DNA of 64,000 nucleotides from Longimicrobiales bacterium (GTDB lineage Bacteria; Gemmatimonadota; Gemmatimonadetes; Longimicrobiales; Gaopeijiaceae), in the NCBI GenBank assembly GCA_965116905.1, contig OZ220732.1, positions 1,408,001-1,472,000 on the forward strand. Direction: 5' to 3'. A program made the translations under genes and the position numbers. The notes beneath the pieces are model-generated. The model made no database searches, was not told where the DNA came from, and worked only from the letters and a program-made list of their open reading frames with translations. The stretch's first letter is position 1. Every line of letters starts with the position of its first letter. Of the stretch, positions 46,711-56,164 are shown one piece after another.

Positions 46711-47717
46711 CGGTACTGTTCGTCCGCGTCGGCCGGCGCGTCACCGGGTTGATCGTTGCCGTTCTGCTGTGCGGATGCGCGCCCGACGGGGGGCGGATCG
46801 TCGTGGTCGACGGCTCCAGCAGCCTCTACCCGCTTGCCGAAGCGGTCTCCGAGAGGTTTGCCCGCGAGCACACGTCGGCACGGATCGTCATCCGTGTTTC
46901 GGGTTCGGGCGGGGGACTGCGGCGATTCTGCGAGGACGAGGCCGACATCGCCGGTACCTCCCGGCTGATGACCGCCGCCGAAACGGCCCGCTGTCGCGCG
47001 GCGGGGGTCCGCTTCCTGGCCCTTCCCGTTGCCCGCGACGGCGTGGTCATGGTGACCAACCCGGCGCACGAGGCGGTAGCGTGCCTGACGCTCTCCGAGC
47101 TCGACCGGATCTGGGGGCCGGACGCCTCCGTAGTGACGTGGCGGGATCTCAGGCCCGCGCTTCCTGCGGAAAGGGTTCGCCTCTTCGGGCCGGGCCCGGA
47201 CTCGGGAACGTTTCGCTTCTTCACGCGGGTGGTCGTGGGCCGGCCCGAAGCCAGCCGCATGGACTACCACCCGACCGAGGACGACCACCTGATCGCCCGG
47301 GGGGTCGCCGGGGACCGCTGGGCGCTCGGGTACTTCGGGTCCGCGAACCATGCGGCCCACGCGGACCGATTGCGGCTGCTCGCGGTCGACACGGGGTTCG
47401 GGTGTGTGTTGCCGACGCCGGCTGCGATCCGCGACGGCCGCTACAGCCCGCTCTCCAGAGATCTATACATCTACGTCAAGCGCGTGCTGCTGGCCGACGA
47501 CGATGTCTACAACTTCGTCGAGCACTTTGTCTCGGCCAGCGAGTCGCTCGCGGACGACACGGGTTACGCGCCCCTTCCCGCGGCCGAATACGCGCGCAAC
47601 CGGGCACTGTTGGACGAGGCGCGCGGCGAGGCGCTGGCACGGTCGGTGCGAACGCCGTACGATCCCCGCGTGCTCGTGGAGGGTACCCGACGGGTGCCGA
47701 GGCCGAGTCCGTCATGA
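46707..47717 (+). CDS. pstS: Phosphate ABC transporter substrate-binding lipoprotein
   Basis: Lipobox LLCGC; DGSSSLYP, GSGGG, TSR, PDSGTF, YSPLSRDLYIYV. Confidence 0.85.
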   Translation: MTVLFVRVGRRVTGLIVAVLLCGCAPDGGRIVVVDGSSSLYPLAEAVSERFAREHTSARIVIRVSGSGGGLRRFCEDEADIAGTSRLMTAAETARCRAAGVRFLALPVARDGVVMVTNPAHEAVACLTLSELDRIWGPDASVVTWRDLRPALPAERVRLFGPGPDSGTFRFFTRVVVGRPEASRMDYHPTEDDHLIARGVAGDRWALGYFGSANHAAHADRLRLLAVDTGFGCVLPTPAAIRDGRYSPLSRDLYIYVKRVLLADDDVYNFVEHFVSASESLADDTGYAPLPAAEYARNRALLDEARGEALARSVRTPYDPRVLVEGTRRVPRPSPS

Positions 47718-48631
47718 CACGACGCGGTGTGTCCGGTGCGGGGACAGCGTCGCGCGCGGCCGGCGAGCGTCTGGTGGCGCATGTCCTTCTGGCCTGCACG
47801 GTGGTGGCCGTGGTCATCCTCGGCGCCGTGCTGACGGTGCTCCTGCGCGAGGCCGGCCTGTTCTTCGCCGCAGTCTCGCCGTGGCGGTTCTTCACGGAGA
47901 TCACGTGGGCGCCCGCTGCGGCGGAGCCCGGGTTCGGCGTGTTGCCGCTCCTCGTGGGAACCATCCAGATCGCTGTCGGCGCTGCGGTGTTCGCGTTGCC
48001 CGTCGGACTGATGACCGCGGTGTACCTGCACCAGTACGCGGGCGGCCGCACAGTCCGCCTGCTGAGCGGTGTCACAGCAGTGATGGCGGGTGTTCCGACC
48101 GTTGTGTATGGCCTGTTCGCGCTCAACTTCGTGACCCCGGCCCTCCAGGTCCTGTGGCCCGGGGTCGAGGCGTTCAACGCGTTGTCCGCCTGCATCGTGG
48201 TGGGGCTGATGATCCTGCCCACGGTGGCGGTGCTGTCGCGCGAAGCACTGGACTCGGTGCCGGCCCCGCTCCTGGACGCGGGATTGGCGCTGGGTGCCCC
48301 GAAGGGACGGGTGGTGACCCGGATCCTTCTGCCCGCCGCTTCGGGGGGCATCCTCGCGGCCGTACTGATCGCCGTGGCCCGGGCCGTCGGCGAGACGATG
48401 ATCGTCAGCCTTGCCGCGGGGAACGAGGCCCGATTGACGTGGAGCCCATTCGAGGGACTTCAGACGCTGACAGCCTTTCTAACCCAGCTCGGCGTAGGTG
48501 ATGCGGCGACCGGAACCGGTGAGTATCGGGCGTTTTTCGCCGTCGGGGCGGTTCTGTTCGCCGGCACGTACGGGATTCACGCGGCCGGCAGAATGCTCCT
48601 GTCCCGCGGTGCGCGGAGGCTGGCTCGATGA
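47714..48631 (+). CDS. pstC: Phosphate ABC transporter permease
   Basis: FGVLPLLVGT, AGVPTVVYG, RAVGETMIV; ATGA overlap. Confidence 0.88.
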   Translation: MTRRGVSGAGTASRAAGERLVAHVLLACTVVAVVILGAVLTVLLREAGLFFAAVSPWRFFTEITWAPAAAEPGFGVLPLLVGTIQIAVGAAVFALPVGLMTAVYLHQYAGGRTVRLLSGVTAVMAGVPTVVYGLFALNFVTPALQVLWPGVEAFNALSACIVVGLMILPTVAVLSREALDSVPAPLLDAGLALGAPKGRVVTRILLPAASGGILAAVLIAVARAVGETMIVSLAAGNEARLTWSPFEGLQTLTAFLTQLGVGDAATGTGEYRAFFAVGAVLFAGTYGIHAAGRMLLSRGARRLAR

Positions 48632-49473
48632 GTCGCCCGTTCTCACGACGCGATTCGGTCGGCGCAGCCTGCGGCGTTGCCGCACTCGTCCTGTTGCTCG
48701 GCTTTCTGGTATTCGCCGCGTACCTGGGGTTCACCGCTTCGCAGGTCATCGGCATCGACTTCCTGCGCGAGACACCTTCCGGTGCGGCGAACAGCGCGGG
48801 CATCGGACCGGCGCTGGCGGGAACGCTCTGGCTCCTGCTTCTGACCGCCGTGCTTGCATTGCCCATCGGGATCGGCACGGCGATCTACCTGGAAGAATAC
48901 GCCCCGCGCACACGCTTGACCGTGTTCATCGAGTCGGCCGTGGCCAATCTCGCCGGGATTCCAGCGGTGGTCTACGGAATCGCGGGATTGGCGCTGTTCG
49001 TTCGCGCGCTTGGGATGGGACCGACGATCCTCGCTGGCGGCTGCACGCTCGCGGTGCTGGCGCTGCCGGTGGTCATCGTGACTTCCAGGACCGCCATTCG
49101 CCAGGTTCCGGAGGGTCTGCGGCTGGCCGCGTACGGGCTTGGCGCCACACGCTGGCAAGTCGTTCGCGACCAGATCCTCCCGGCGGCCGGTCCCGGCATC
49201 CTGGCGGGCTGCTGCACGGCATTCACGCGGACGGTTGGGGCGGCCGCGCCACTTCTGGTCATAGGGACCGCTTCGTTCGTGAGCTTCGCCCCGCAGACAC
49301 CCGCGCATCCGCTGGTCTCGCTGCCGACGCAGATCTTCTCGTGGGCGACCCGCTCGCAGGAGGATTTCACCGCGGTGGCAGCCGGTGCGGCGGTCGTGCT
49401 GCTTCTGTTGCTGCTCACCATGAATCTCGTCAGCGCGTCACTCGTGCGGCGGTTGGGCGCGGCCTCCCGATGA
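48628..49473 (+). CDS. pstA: Phosphate ABC transporter permease
   Basis: AIYLEEYA, NLAGIPAVVYG, LGATRWQ. Confidence 0.88.
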   Translation: MSRPFSRRDSVGAACGVAALVLLLGFLVFAAYLGFTASQVIGIDFLRETPSGAANSAGIGPALAGTLWLLLLTAVLALPIGIGTAIYLEEYAPRTRLTVFIESAVANLAGIPAVVYGIAGLALFVRALGMGPTILAGGCTLAVLALPVVIVTSRTAIRQVPEGLRLAAYGLGATRWQVVRDQILPAAGPGILAGCCTAFTRTVGAAAPLLVIGTASFVSFAPQTPAHPLVSLPTQIFSWATRSQEDFTAVAAGAAVVLLLLLLTMNLVSASLVRRLGAASR

Positions 49474-50243
49474 GCGGCCCGTCCGCCCCGACGGATGCGC
49501 CGGTGCTGACAGCCGAACGGCTCAGCGTGCGGTTCGGCCGGAATATCGCGCTCCGCGACGTGTCCCTGGCCATCCCGCGGGGGCGGATCGTCTCGATCAT
49601 GGGCCCGTCGGGATGTGGCAAGACGACGCTGCTGCGCTGCTTCAACCGCATGAACGAGCTCGTATCAGGGGCCGAGACCAGCGGAACGGTCCGCTTCGAC
49701 GAAATGGATCTGTACGGCCCCGATGTCGATCCTGTAGAGGTGCGGCGCCGCATCGGAATGGTCTTCCAGGAGACCACGCCCTTCCCGAAGTCGGTCTTCG
49801 ACAACATCGCATTCGGTCCTCGCGCGAGCGGTTTCACGGGGGACCTTCAAGGTCTGGTGGAGGAGGTACTCACGGCCGTGGGCCTGTGGTCGGAGGTTGC
49901 CGACGACCTGGACACGCCCGCCCTGGAGCTGTCGGCGGGACAGAAGCAGCGGCTCTGCATTGCCCGCGTGCTGGCGCTCAAGCCCGATGTCCTGCTGCTG
50001 GACGAGCCCACCTCGGCGCTCGACCCCGAGGCCACGGCGCGCATCGAGTCGATCATCCGCGCGCTCAGTCCCCAATACACGATCGTGATCGCCACCTACA
50101 ACCGCTGGCAGGCGGCCCGGCTGTCGGATCTCACGGCGTTTCTGGACCGTGGCGAGTTGCTGGAGTATGGTCTCACCGAGATCCTGTTCACCAACCCGCG
50201 CGAGGCGCGCACGGAGTCCTACCTGACCGGGCGAACCCAATGA
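49470..50243 (+). CDS. pstB: Phosphate ABC transporter ATP-binding protein
   Basis: GPSGCGKTT, RCFNRMN, IGMVFQ, QRLCIAR, LLLDEPTSALD, YLTGR. Confidence 0.9.
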   Translation: MSGPSAPTDAPVLTAERLSVRFGRNIALRDVSLAIPRGRIVSIMGPSGCGKTTLLRCFNRMNELVSGAETSGTVRFDEMDLYGPDVDPVEVRRRIGMVFQETTPFPKSVFDNIAFGPRASGFTGDLQGLVEEVLTAVGLWSEVADDLDTPALELSAGQKQRLCIARVLALKPDVLLLDEPTSALDPEATARIESIIRALSPQYTIVIATYNRWQAARLSDLTAFLDRGELLEYGLTEILFTNPREARTESYLTGRTQ

Positions 50244-50932
50244 CGGAACTGCATCGCCCCCGAGGCTCCTTCGATACCGAGCTCAACCGTCTGCAGCAGA
50301 TGTTGCTGGACATGGCGGGCCGCGCGGAGGAACTCGTGCGCATGGCCATGGAGGGGCTGACCGATCGGGACCCCCTGGTTCCCCTGAGGGTTCGCCGCGC
50401 CGACGATCGTCTCAACGCCCTGGAGATCGAGCTCGACGAGCGCGTGCTGGAGCTGCTCGCGCTGCAGCAGCCGATTGCGGGCGACCTGCGGCTGGTCCTG
50501 GTGGCGCTGAAGGCGTCGAACGACATCGAACGGATCGGCGACCACGCCGTGAACATCGCCAATGCCTGCGAGCGCATGACACGGTATCCTCCGATGCCCG
50601 ACATCCTCGAAGTGGCCGAGATCAGCGGCCAGGTCCGGCAAATGATGCGCAAGGCGCTGGACGCAATGGTCAACCGCGACGCCGAGACGGCCAGGGAGGT
50701 CATTGCGGAGGATGACCGCGTGGACGACCTGCGCTGGTCCGCTTTCCGGATCATCGTCTCGTACATGCTCGAACAGCCCCGCTACATCGGCCCCGGGCTC
50801 GAGTTGATCCTTGTGGTTCAGAACCTGGAGAGGATCGGCGATCTGACGACGAACATCGCCGAGGACGTGGTCTTCCTGGTCGAGGGGACATCGATCAAGC
50901 ACGCAGCCAGCAAGGCGGTGGGCCCGGCATGA
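50240..50932 (+). CDS. phoU: Phosphate signalling complex protein PhoU
   Basis: LQQPIAGDLR, DIERIGDHAVNIA, NLERIGDLTTNIAE. Confidence 0.93.
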   Translation: MTELHRPRGSFDTELNRLQQMLLDMAGRAEELVRMAMEGLTDRDPLVPLRVRRADDRLNALEIELDERVLELLALQQPIAGDLRLVLVALKASNDIERIGDHAVNIANACERMTRYPPMPDILEVAEISGQVRQMMRKALDAMVNRDAETAREVIAEDDRVDDLRWSAFRIIVSYMLEQPRYIGPGLELILVVQNLERIGDLTTNIAEDVVFLVEGTSIKHAASKAVGPA

Positions 50933-51759
50933 GCGGTGCCGTGGAGGAGTTGCTGAGCCAGGTGACCACCGAGCCGGGACCCGAGCCGGCCGTCGAGTTT
51001 CCCTTCCAGCGAGGCCGGGTCGCGCTCATCACCGGGGGTTCGAGCGGAATCGGCAGGGCGACGGCGATCGGATTCGCCCGCGGAGGTGTCCACATCGCGT
51101 TCAACTACCTGGACACCGGGGCTGCCAGCCGGCGCGCCGCCGTCGAAACCGCGGGGACGCTCAAGGAGAGCGGAGTCCGGGTCTTCGCGCGCTCGGGAGA
51201 CGTGCGCGATTCCGCCTGGGTCCGCGAATTCGTCGCATCGGCTCACGAGCGGCTCGGGGGGCTGCATTTTCTCGTCAACAACGCCGGTGTGGGCCGCGAC
51301 CGGGCCCTGTGGCGCATGAGCGACGAGGAGTGGGCGTCGGTCATCGACACCAACCTCACGGGAGCTTTCTACTTCACCCGTGAAGTCGCGCCCCACCTCC
51401 GTGAACAGGAGTTCGGCAAGATCGTCAACATCTCTTCCGTGCACGGGCTCTCGAGCGAATTCGGTCTTGCGAACTACTGCTCGTCGAAGGCCGGGATGAT
51501 CGGGCTTACGCGCAGCACGGCAGTGGAACTCGGGCCCTCGAACATCAACGTGAACGCCGTGGCGCCGGGCTACATCCGTACGACCCGGCTTACGGACCGG
51601 GTTCCTGCGGAGATCCTGGACCGGGCCCGGGAGGCGAGCGTACTCGGGCGGCTGGGCGATCCGCAGGATGTGGTGTCGGTGATCCTGTTCCTCTGCTCGG
51701 AGATGGCGCGCCATATTACCGGGGCCGTGATTCCCGTTGACGGGGGATACCTGATATGA
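50929..51759 (+). CDS. SDR oxidoreductase, 3-oxoacyl-ACP reductase (FabG)-like
   Basis: [20 protein letters not shown] (YxxxK), VAPGYI, VDGG. Confidence 0.88.
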   Translation: MSGAVEELLSQVTTEPGPEPAVEFPFQRGRVALITGGSSGIGRATAIGFARGGVHIAFNYLDTGAASRRAAVETAGTLKESGVRVFARSGDVRDSAWVREFVASAHERLGGLHFLVNNAGVGRDRALWRMSDEEWASVIDTNLTGAFYFTREVAPHLREQEFGKIVNISSVHGLSSEFGLANYCSSKAGMIGLTRSTAVELGPSNINVNAVAPGYIRTTRLTDRVPAEILDRAREASVLGRLGDPQDVVSVILFLCSEMARHITGAVIPVDGGYLI

Positions 51760-51772
51760 AGGACTGGAAGCC

Positions 51773-52153
51773 ATGAAGGACTGGAAGACCGAGCTGACAC
51801 CGGAACAATACCGCGTCACCCGCAAGGGGGGGACCGAGCGGGCGTTCACCGGCGAATACTGGGACCACAAGGAGGACGGAACCTATCGCTGCGTGTGTTG
51901 CGGCCAGCCCCTCTTCGAGTCGTCCGACAAGTTCGACTCCGGCACGGGATGGCCAAGCTTCACCCGGCCCGCGGCCGCCGAGAACGTCGGCGAGAAGGAG
52001 GACCGCAAGTTCTTCATGCGCCGGACCGAGGTCGTGTGCAACCATTGCGACGCCCATCTGGGACACGTGTTTCCGGACGGACCGGGGCCGGGGGGACAGC
52101 GCTACTGCATCAACTCCGCGTCGCTGGACTTCGAATCCGCGGGCGGGGAATGA
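51773..52153 (+). CDS. msrB: Peptide methionine (R)-S-oxide reductase
   Basis: [33 protein letters not shown]. Confidence 0.96.
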   Translation: MKDWKTELTPEQYRVTRKGGTERAFTGEYWDHKEDGTYRCVCCGQPLFESSDKFDSGTGWPSFTRPAAAENVGEKEDRKFFMRRTEVVCNHCDAHLGHVFPDGPGPGGQRYCINSASLDFESAGGE

Positions 52154-52165
52154 GTATATGAGTAT

Positions 52166-53182
52166 ATGAGTAAGACGATCACGGTGATCCCCGGTGACGG
52201 GATCGGCCCGGAGGTGACCGGTGCGGTCCTGCGCATCCTCGAGGCCGCGGACGCGGACCTCGAATACGACCGGCAGACGGCGGGAATCGGGGCGGTGGCC
52301 TCGCACGGCAACCCGCTCCCCCAGGAGACCGTCGATTCGATCGACGCCAACGGGGTGGCGCTGAAGGGTCCGCTCACCACGCCGTCGGGGTCGGGATTCC
52401 GTTCCATCAACGTCGCCATTCGCAAGCACTTCGATCTCTTCGCCAACGTCCGCCCGGTTCGCACCATGCTGCCCGGCGGGCGCTACGAGGACATCGACCT
52501 CGTCCTGATCCGGGAAAACACGGAGGGCCTGTACGTCGGCGTCGAGCACTTCATCGGGATGGACCGGGACCCCAAGGCGGCGGCGGAATCGGTGATGATC
52601 ACCACGCGCTACGGCTCCGAGAGGATCGTCCGCTTCGCGTTCGACTACGCGGTCGCGAACGGCCGGCGCAAGGTGACGCTCGCGCACAAGGCCAACATCC
52701 TGAAGCACACGCAGGGGCTGTTCCTGGAGGTGGGCAAGCGCATGGCCGAGAACTACGCCGACAGGGTCGGGTTCGAGGACCGGATCATCGACGCCACGGC
52801 CATGTACCTCGTCCTGGACCCGTACCGGTTCGACGTCCTTGTCATGGAGAACATGTTCGGCGACATCCTGAGCGATCTGATGGCGGGGCTCGTGGGCGGG
52901 CTGGGGTTTGCGCCGGCAGGCAACATCGGCGAGGGCCACGCGGTCTTCGAGGCCGTGCACGGCTCCGCGCCCGACATCGCGGGGCAGGGCGTCGCCAACC
53001 CGACGGGACTGCTGCTCTCCGCTTGCATGTTGCTGGACCATGTGGGCCAGGCCGAAGCGGCCGCGCGCGTGCGCGCGGCGGTGTCCTCGGTGATCGGCGA
53101 CGGTGCGGCCCGCACGCACGACATGGGCGGCACGCACGGCACGGCGGCGTTCACCGATGCGGTCATCGGGGCGCTGGCGTGA
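52166..53182 (+). CDS. Isocitrate dehydrogenase (NAD-type), isocitrate/isopropylmalate dehydrogenase family
   Basis: [59 protein letters not shown]. Confidence 0.88.
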   Translation: MSKTITVIPGDGIGPEVTGAVLRILEAADADLEYDRQTAGIGAVASHGNPLPQETVDSIDANGVALKGPLTTPSGSGFRSINVAIRKHFDLFANVRPVRTMLPGGRYEDIDLVLIRENTEGLYVGVEHFIGMDRDPKAAAESVMITTRYGSERIVRFAFDYAVANGRRKVTLAHKANILKHTQGLFLEVGKRMAENYADRVGFEDRIIDATAMYLVLDPYRFDVLVMENMFGDILSDLMAGLVGGLGFAPAGNIGEGHAVFEAVHGSAPDIAGQGVANPTGLLLSACMLLDHVGQAEAAARVRAAVSSVIGDGAARTHDMGGTHGTAAFTDAVIGALA

Positions 53183-53493
53183 GCACCGAGCCGCGTGCGG
53201 GGGACCTGACCTGCGGCCGGTGCGGGCGTGGATGCCGTGCCCGAGTGCTGGACCGCCATCTCTGGTGCGAGGACTGCGTGGCGGCCGGGCGGGGGGAGGC
53301 GGGGCGGGTGGGGTGGATCTGCGGTGCGGTGATGGCGGCCCTGTTGGCCGCGTGGATCTACTTCGTCCAGCAGCCCTCCGCGATGCTGCTCGGGGGCTGG
53401 ATCGGCGCCGTGCTGGCGACATTGTGGCTGGGTGCCCGGGCGGGACGGGAACTGACGTACGGGGTTCTGCGCTTCCGTCACAGGCCGCGTTGA
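53179..53493 (+). CDS. Hypothetical small membrane protein with N-terminal CxxC/CxxC
   Basis: GTGA overlap; CGRC...WCEDC then two TM helices. Confidence 0.65.
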   Translation: MSTEPRAGDLTCGRCGRGCRARVLDRHLWCEDCVAAGRGEAGRVGWICGAVMAALLAAWIYFVQQPSAMLLGGWIGAVLATLWLGARAGRELTYGVLRFRHRPR

Positions 53494-53530
53494 GTCGAAA
53501 TTTGTGACCATCGATCCGGAGACGACTTGA

Positions 53531-54715
53531 ATGGCAGCCAAGTTCGACGGCACTGACTTCTACGATGTGGACTCGCTCCTGTCCGAAGAGGAGCGCATGG
53601 TCCGGGACACGATCCGGGATTGGGTCGAGGACCGGGTCATGCCGATTATCGGCGACGCGTACACCGAGCGGCGGTTCCCCACCGAGCTGATCCCCGAAAT
53701 CGGGGAACTCGGCATGCTGGGCGCCAACCTGCCCGCCGAGTACGGGTGTGCCGAACTCAACAACGTCTGCTACGGGCTCATCATGCAGGAACTCGAGCGC
53801 GGCGATTCCGGCATCCGGTCCTTCGTGTCGGTGCAGGGGGCGCTGGTCATGTACCCCATCTACGCGTTCGGCAGCGAAGACCACCGGCGAACCTGGCTGC
53901 CGGCGCTCGCGTCCGGGGAGAAGATCGGCTGCTTTGGCCTCACCGAGCCCGACTACGGGTCGAACCCCGTGGGCATGATCACGCGTGCCCGCCAGACCTC
54001 CGACGGCTGGGTGCTGAACGGCACCAAGATGTGGATCACCAACGGTTCGATGGCCGACGTAGCGGTGGTCTGGGCCCAGACCGCCGAGCCGGGTGACTCA
54101 CGGGGCATCCGCGGCTTCGTGGTCCCGACCGACACCCCGGGCTTCAGCGCCCGCGACCAGAAGGGGAAGCTGTCGCTCCTCGCGTCGGACACGAGCGAGA
54201 TCGTCCTGGAGGACGTGCACCTGCCCGCCGACGCCCTGATGCCGGAGACCTCGGGGATCAAGAACCCGCTGATGTGCCTGACCCAGGCACGCTACGGGAT
54301 CTCCTGGGGAGCGGTGGGCGCGGCCATGGGCTGCTTCCACGAGGCGGTGGACTACGCCGGCCAGCGCGTCATGTTCGACGGGGTCATCGCGGGGAAGCAG
54401 ATCCAGCAGGTGCGGATCGCCGACATGCTGACCTCGATCACGCAGGGGCAGCTGCTGTGCCTGCGGCTGGGGCGCCTGAAGGACCAGGGCACGATGACGC
54501 CGCAGCAGGTCAGTCTGGCCAAGCGCGCCAACGTGAACATGGCGTGTGACATCGCGCGCGAGGCGCGCCGTCTGCTCGGCGCCAACGGGATCCTCGCCGA
54601 GTACTCCGCCATGCGCCACATGGCCAACCTGGAGTCGGTGTACACCTACGAGGGGACCCACGACGTCCACTCGCTGATCCTTGGTCAGACGGTCACGGGG
54701 ATCTCGGCGTTCTGA
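53531..54715 (+). CDS. gcdH: Acyl-CoA dehydrogenase, glutaryl-CoA dehydrogenase type
   Basis: [57 protein letters not shown]. Confidence 0.85.
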   Translation: MAAKFDGTDFYDVDSLLSEEERMVRDTIRDWVEDRVMPIIGDAYTERRFPTELIPEIGELGMLGANLPAEYGCAELNNVCYGLIMQELERGDSGIRSFVSVQGALVMYPIYAFGSEDHRRTWLPALASGEKIGCFGLTEPDYGSNPVGMITRARQTSDGWVLNGTKMWITNGSMADVAVVWAQTAEPGDSRGIRGFVVPTDTPGFSARDQKGKLSLLASDTSEIVLEDVHLPADALMPETSGIKNPLMCLTQARYGISWGAVGAAMGCFHEAVDYAGQRVMFDGVIAGKQIQQVRIADMLTSITQGQLLCLRLGRLKDQGTMTPQQVSLAKRANVNMACDIAREARRLLGANGILAEYSAMRHMANLESVYTYEGTHDVHSLILGQTVTGISAF

Positions 54716-54746
54716 AGGGGGGGGACCCTGAACGGCGCGAAGAGGG

Positions 54747-56033
54747 CTAGTCGATGGCCACTCGTCCCGCCAGCCCCTTCTGCTTGCTGCCCAGCCACAA
54801 CGCCACCCCCAGCCACACGGCCGCCACCGGCGCCATGGACCAGGCCATCGCGGCCGTGCCGAGCCCGAGCGCCCCGAATCCCGCGAAGGACCATGCCCCG
54901 ACCTGGTCGCCCGTACGGTAGACGAAGGTGTCATTGAAGTTCTTCGCCTTGTACTTGTCGCGGCGGGGCAGGACGGTGTAGAGAACCTCCCGGGCGGGCA
55001 CCGCGAGCGCGAAGTTGCCGGCGCGCCTCAGCACCTGGAAGACGACGAAGACCGCGAAGACGGGCGCCGCGCCGAGGGCGAGGAAGCCGACCACGCTCAG
55101 CAGCGGCAGGAACGCGAGGGTGAGACCGACGCCGAACCGCTTCATGATGCGCCCGGTCAGGAACAGTTGGGTCAGCAGCGTCAGCGCGTTGACCGCCAGG
55201 TTGATGCGCGCGAAGACCGACGTGCGTTCCGCGGGATCGACGAAGGTGCGCGACATGATGTCGGCCTGGATGTTGTACAGGAAGGTGGACCCGATCGTGA
55301 AGAGGAGCATGAAGGCGCAGATGCCCAGCAGATAGCGCGAGGCCAGGACGTGCCTGATCCCGTCCAGCGGAGACCCGCCGATGACTTCTTCGTCCCGGCG
55401 CGGGGCGGCGGCGTCACCGCTCCGGCCGCCCGTCCTCCGGTCCAGCCCCTTCATGCACGCCACCGCGCACTCCAGCAGCACGATCGAGAACCACAGCAGG
55501 GTGGCGGGACTGAGGCTCTCGATCAGGAACGCGGTAATGGACGACCCCAGGATCGCCCCCAGGGTTCCCGCCACGCCGATCAGGCCGAAGAGCCGGCGGC
55601 CCTGCCGCTCCGTGTGGATGTCGGTCATGAAGGACCAGAAGACCGAAACCACGAACAGACTGAAGACGGCCGTCCAGACGAAGAACGACCGCCCGGCCCA
55701 GATCGCCGCCTGCCCGCCCTGCGGCAGCGCGTTCAGCACGATGTAATAGATGACCAGGCACGCCATGAAGAAGCGGTAGGTCACCGTTACGAAGCGCCTC
55801 CGTGGCCACCGGGACACGAGCGCGGCGAAGACGGGATGCGCCAGCAGCATCGCGGCCAGGGTACCCGTGAAGAGCCACGGAATGTTCTCCACGCCCCCGG
55901 CGACGCCCATCTCCTCCCGTATCGGCCGGATCACGTAATAGGCCGACAGCACGCAGAAGAAGTAGCCCGCGGAGAGCGCGACGACACCCGCTTCCTCGGG
56001 GCGGGTGCCGGTAAGGCGGGAGGCGATTGTCAT
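54747..56033 (-). CDS. MFS transporter, Npt1/TLC (NTP/NDP exchange)-like
   Basis: AYYVIRPIREEMG, FVVSVFWSFMTD, RLFGLIG, PAREVLY, KYKAKNFNDTFVYRTGD. Confidence 0.82.
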   Translation of the reverse strand: MTIASRLTGTRPEEAGVVALSAGYFFCVLSAYYVIRPIREEMGVAGGVENIPWLFTGTLAAMLLAHPVFAALVSRWPRRRFVTVTYRFFMACLVIYYIVLNALPQGGQAAIWAGRSFFVWTAVFSLFVVSVFWSFMTDIHTERQGRRLFGLIGVAGTLGAILGSSITAFLIESLSPATLLWFSIVLLECAVACMKGLDRRTGGRSGDAAAPRRDEEVIGGSPLDGIRHVLASRYLLGICAFMLLFTIGSTFLYNIQADIMSRTFVDPAERTSVFARINLAVNALTLLTQLFLTGRIMKRFGVGLTLAFLPLLSVVGFLALGAAPVFAVFVVFQVLRRAGNFALAVPAREVLYTVLPRRDKYKAKNFNDTFVYRTGDQVGAWSFAGFGALGLGTAAMAWSMAPVAAVWLGVALWLGSKQKGLAGRVAID

Positions 56034-56164
56034 GGCGGTCGTGGTGCGTTCCTGGAGCTCCGTCTCGGAAGCGGTCGCAACTTGCCTCCGTTGGAGGATG
56101 GGCTTCTTTTCGGGTACGTCAATGGCCGGGTGGGCATATCTCTCGCTTCCGCAGGACGGCGCCC

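Noticed and set aside
42893..54715. Alpha-aminoadipate lysine pathway (homocitrate synthase + homoisocitrate dehydrogenase + gcdH)
   Set aside because: The dehydrogenase has the isocitrate-type RSINVAIR motif, and no aconitase or lysW/lysX genes are present.
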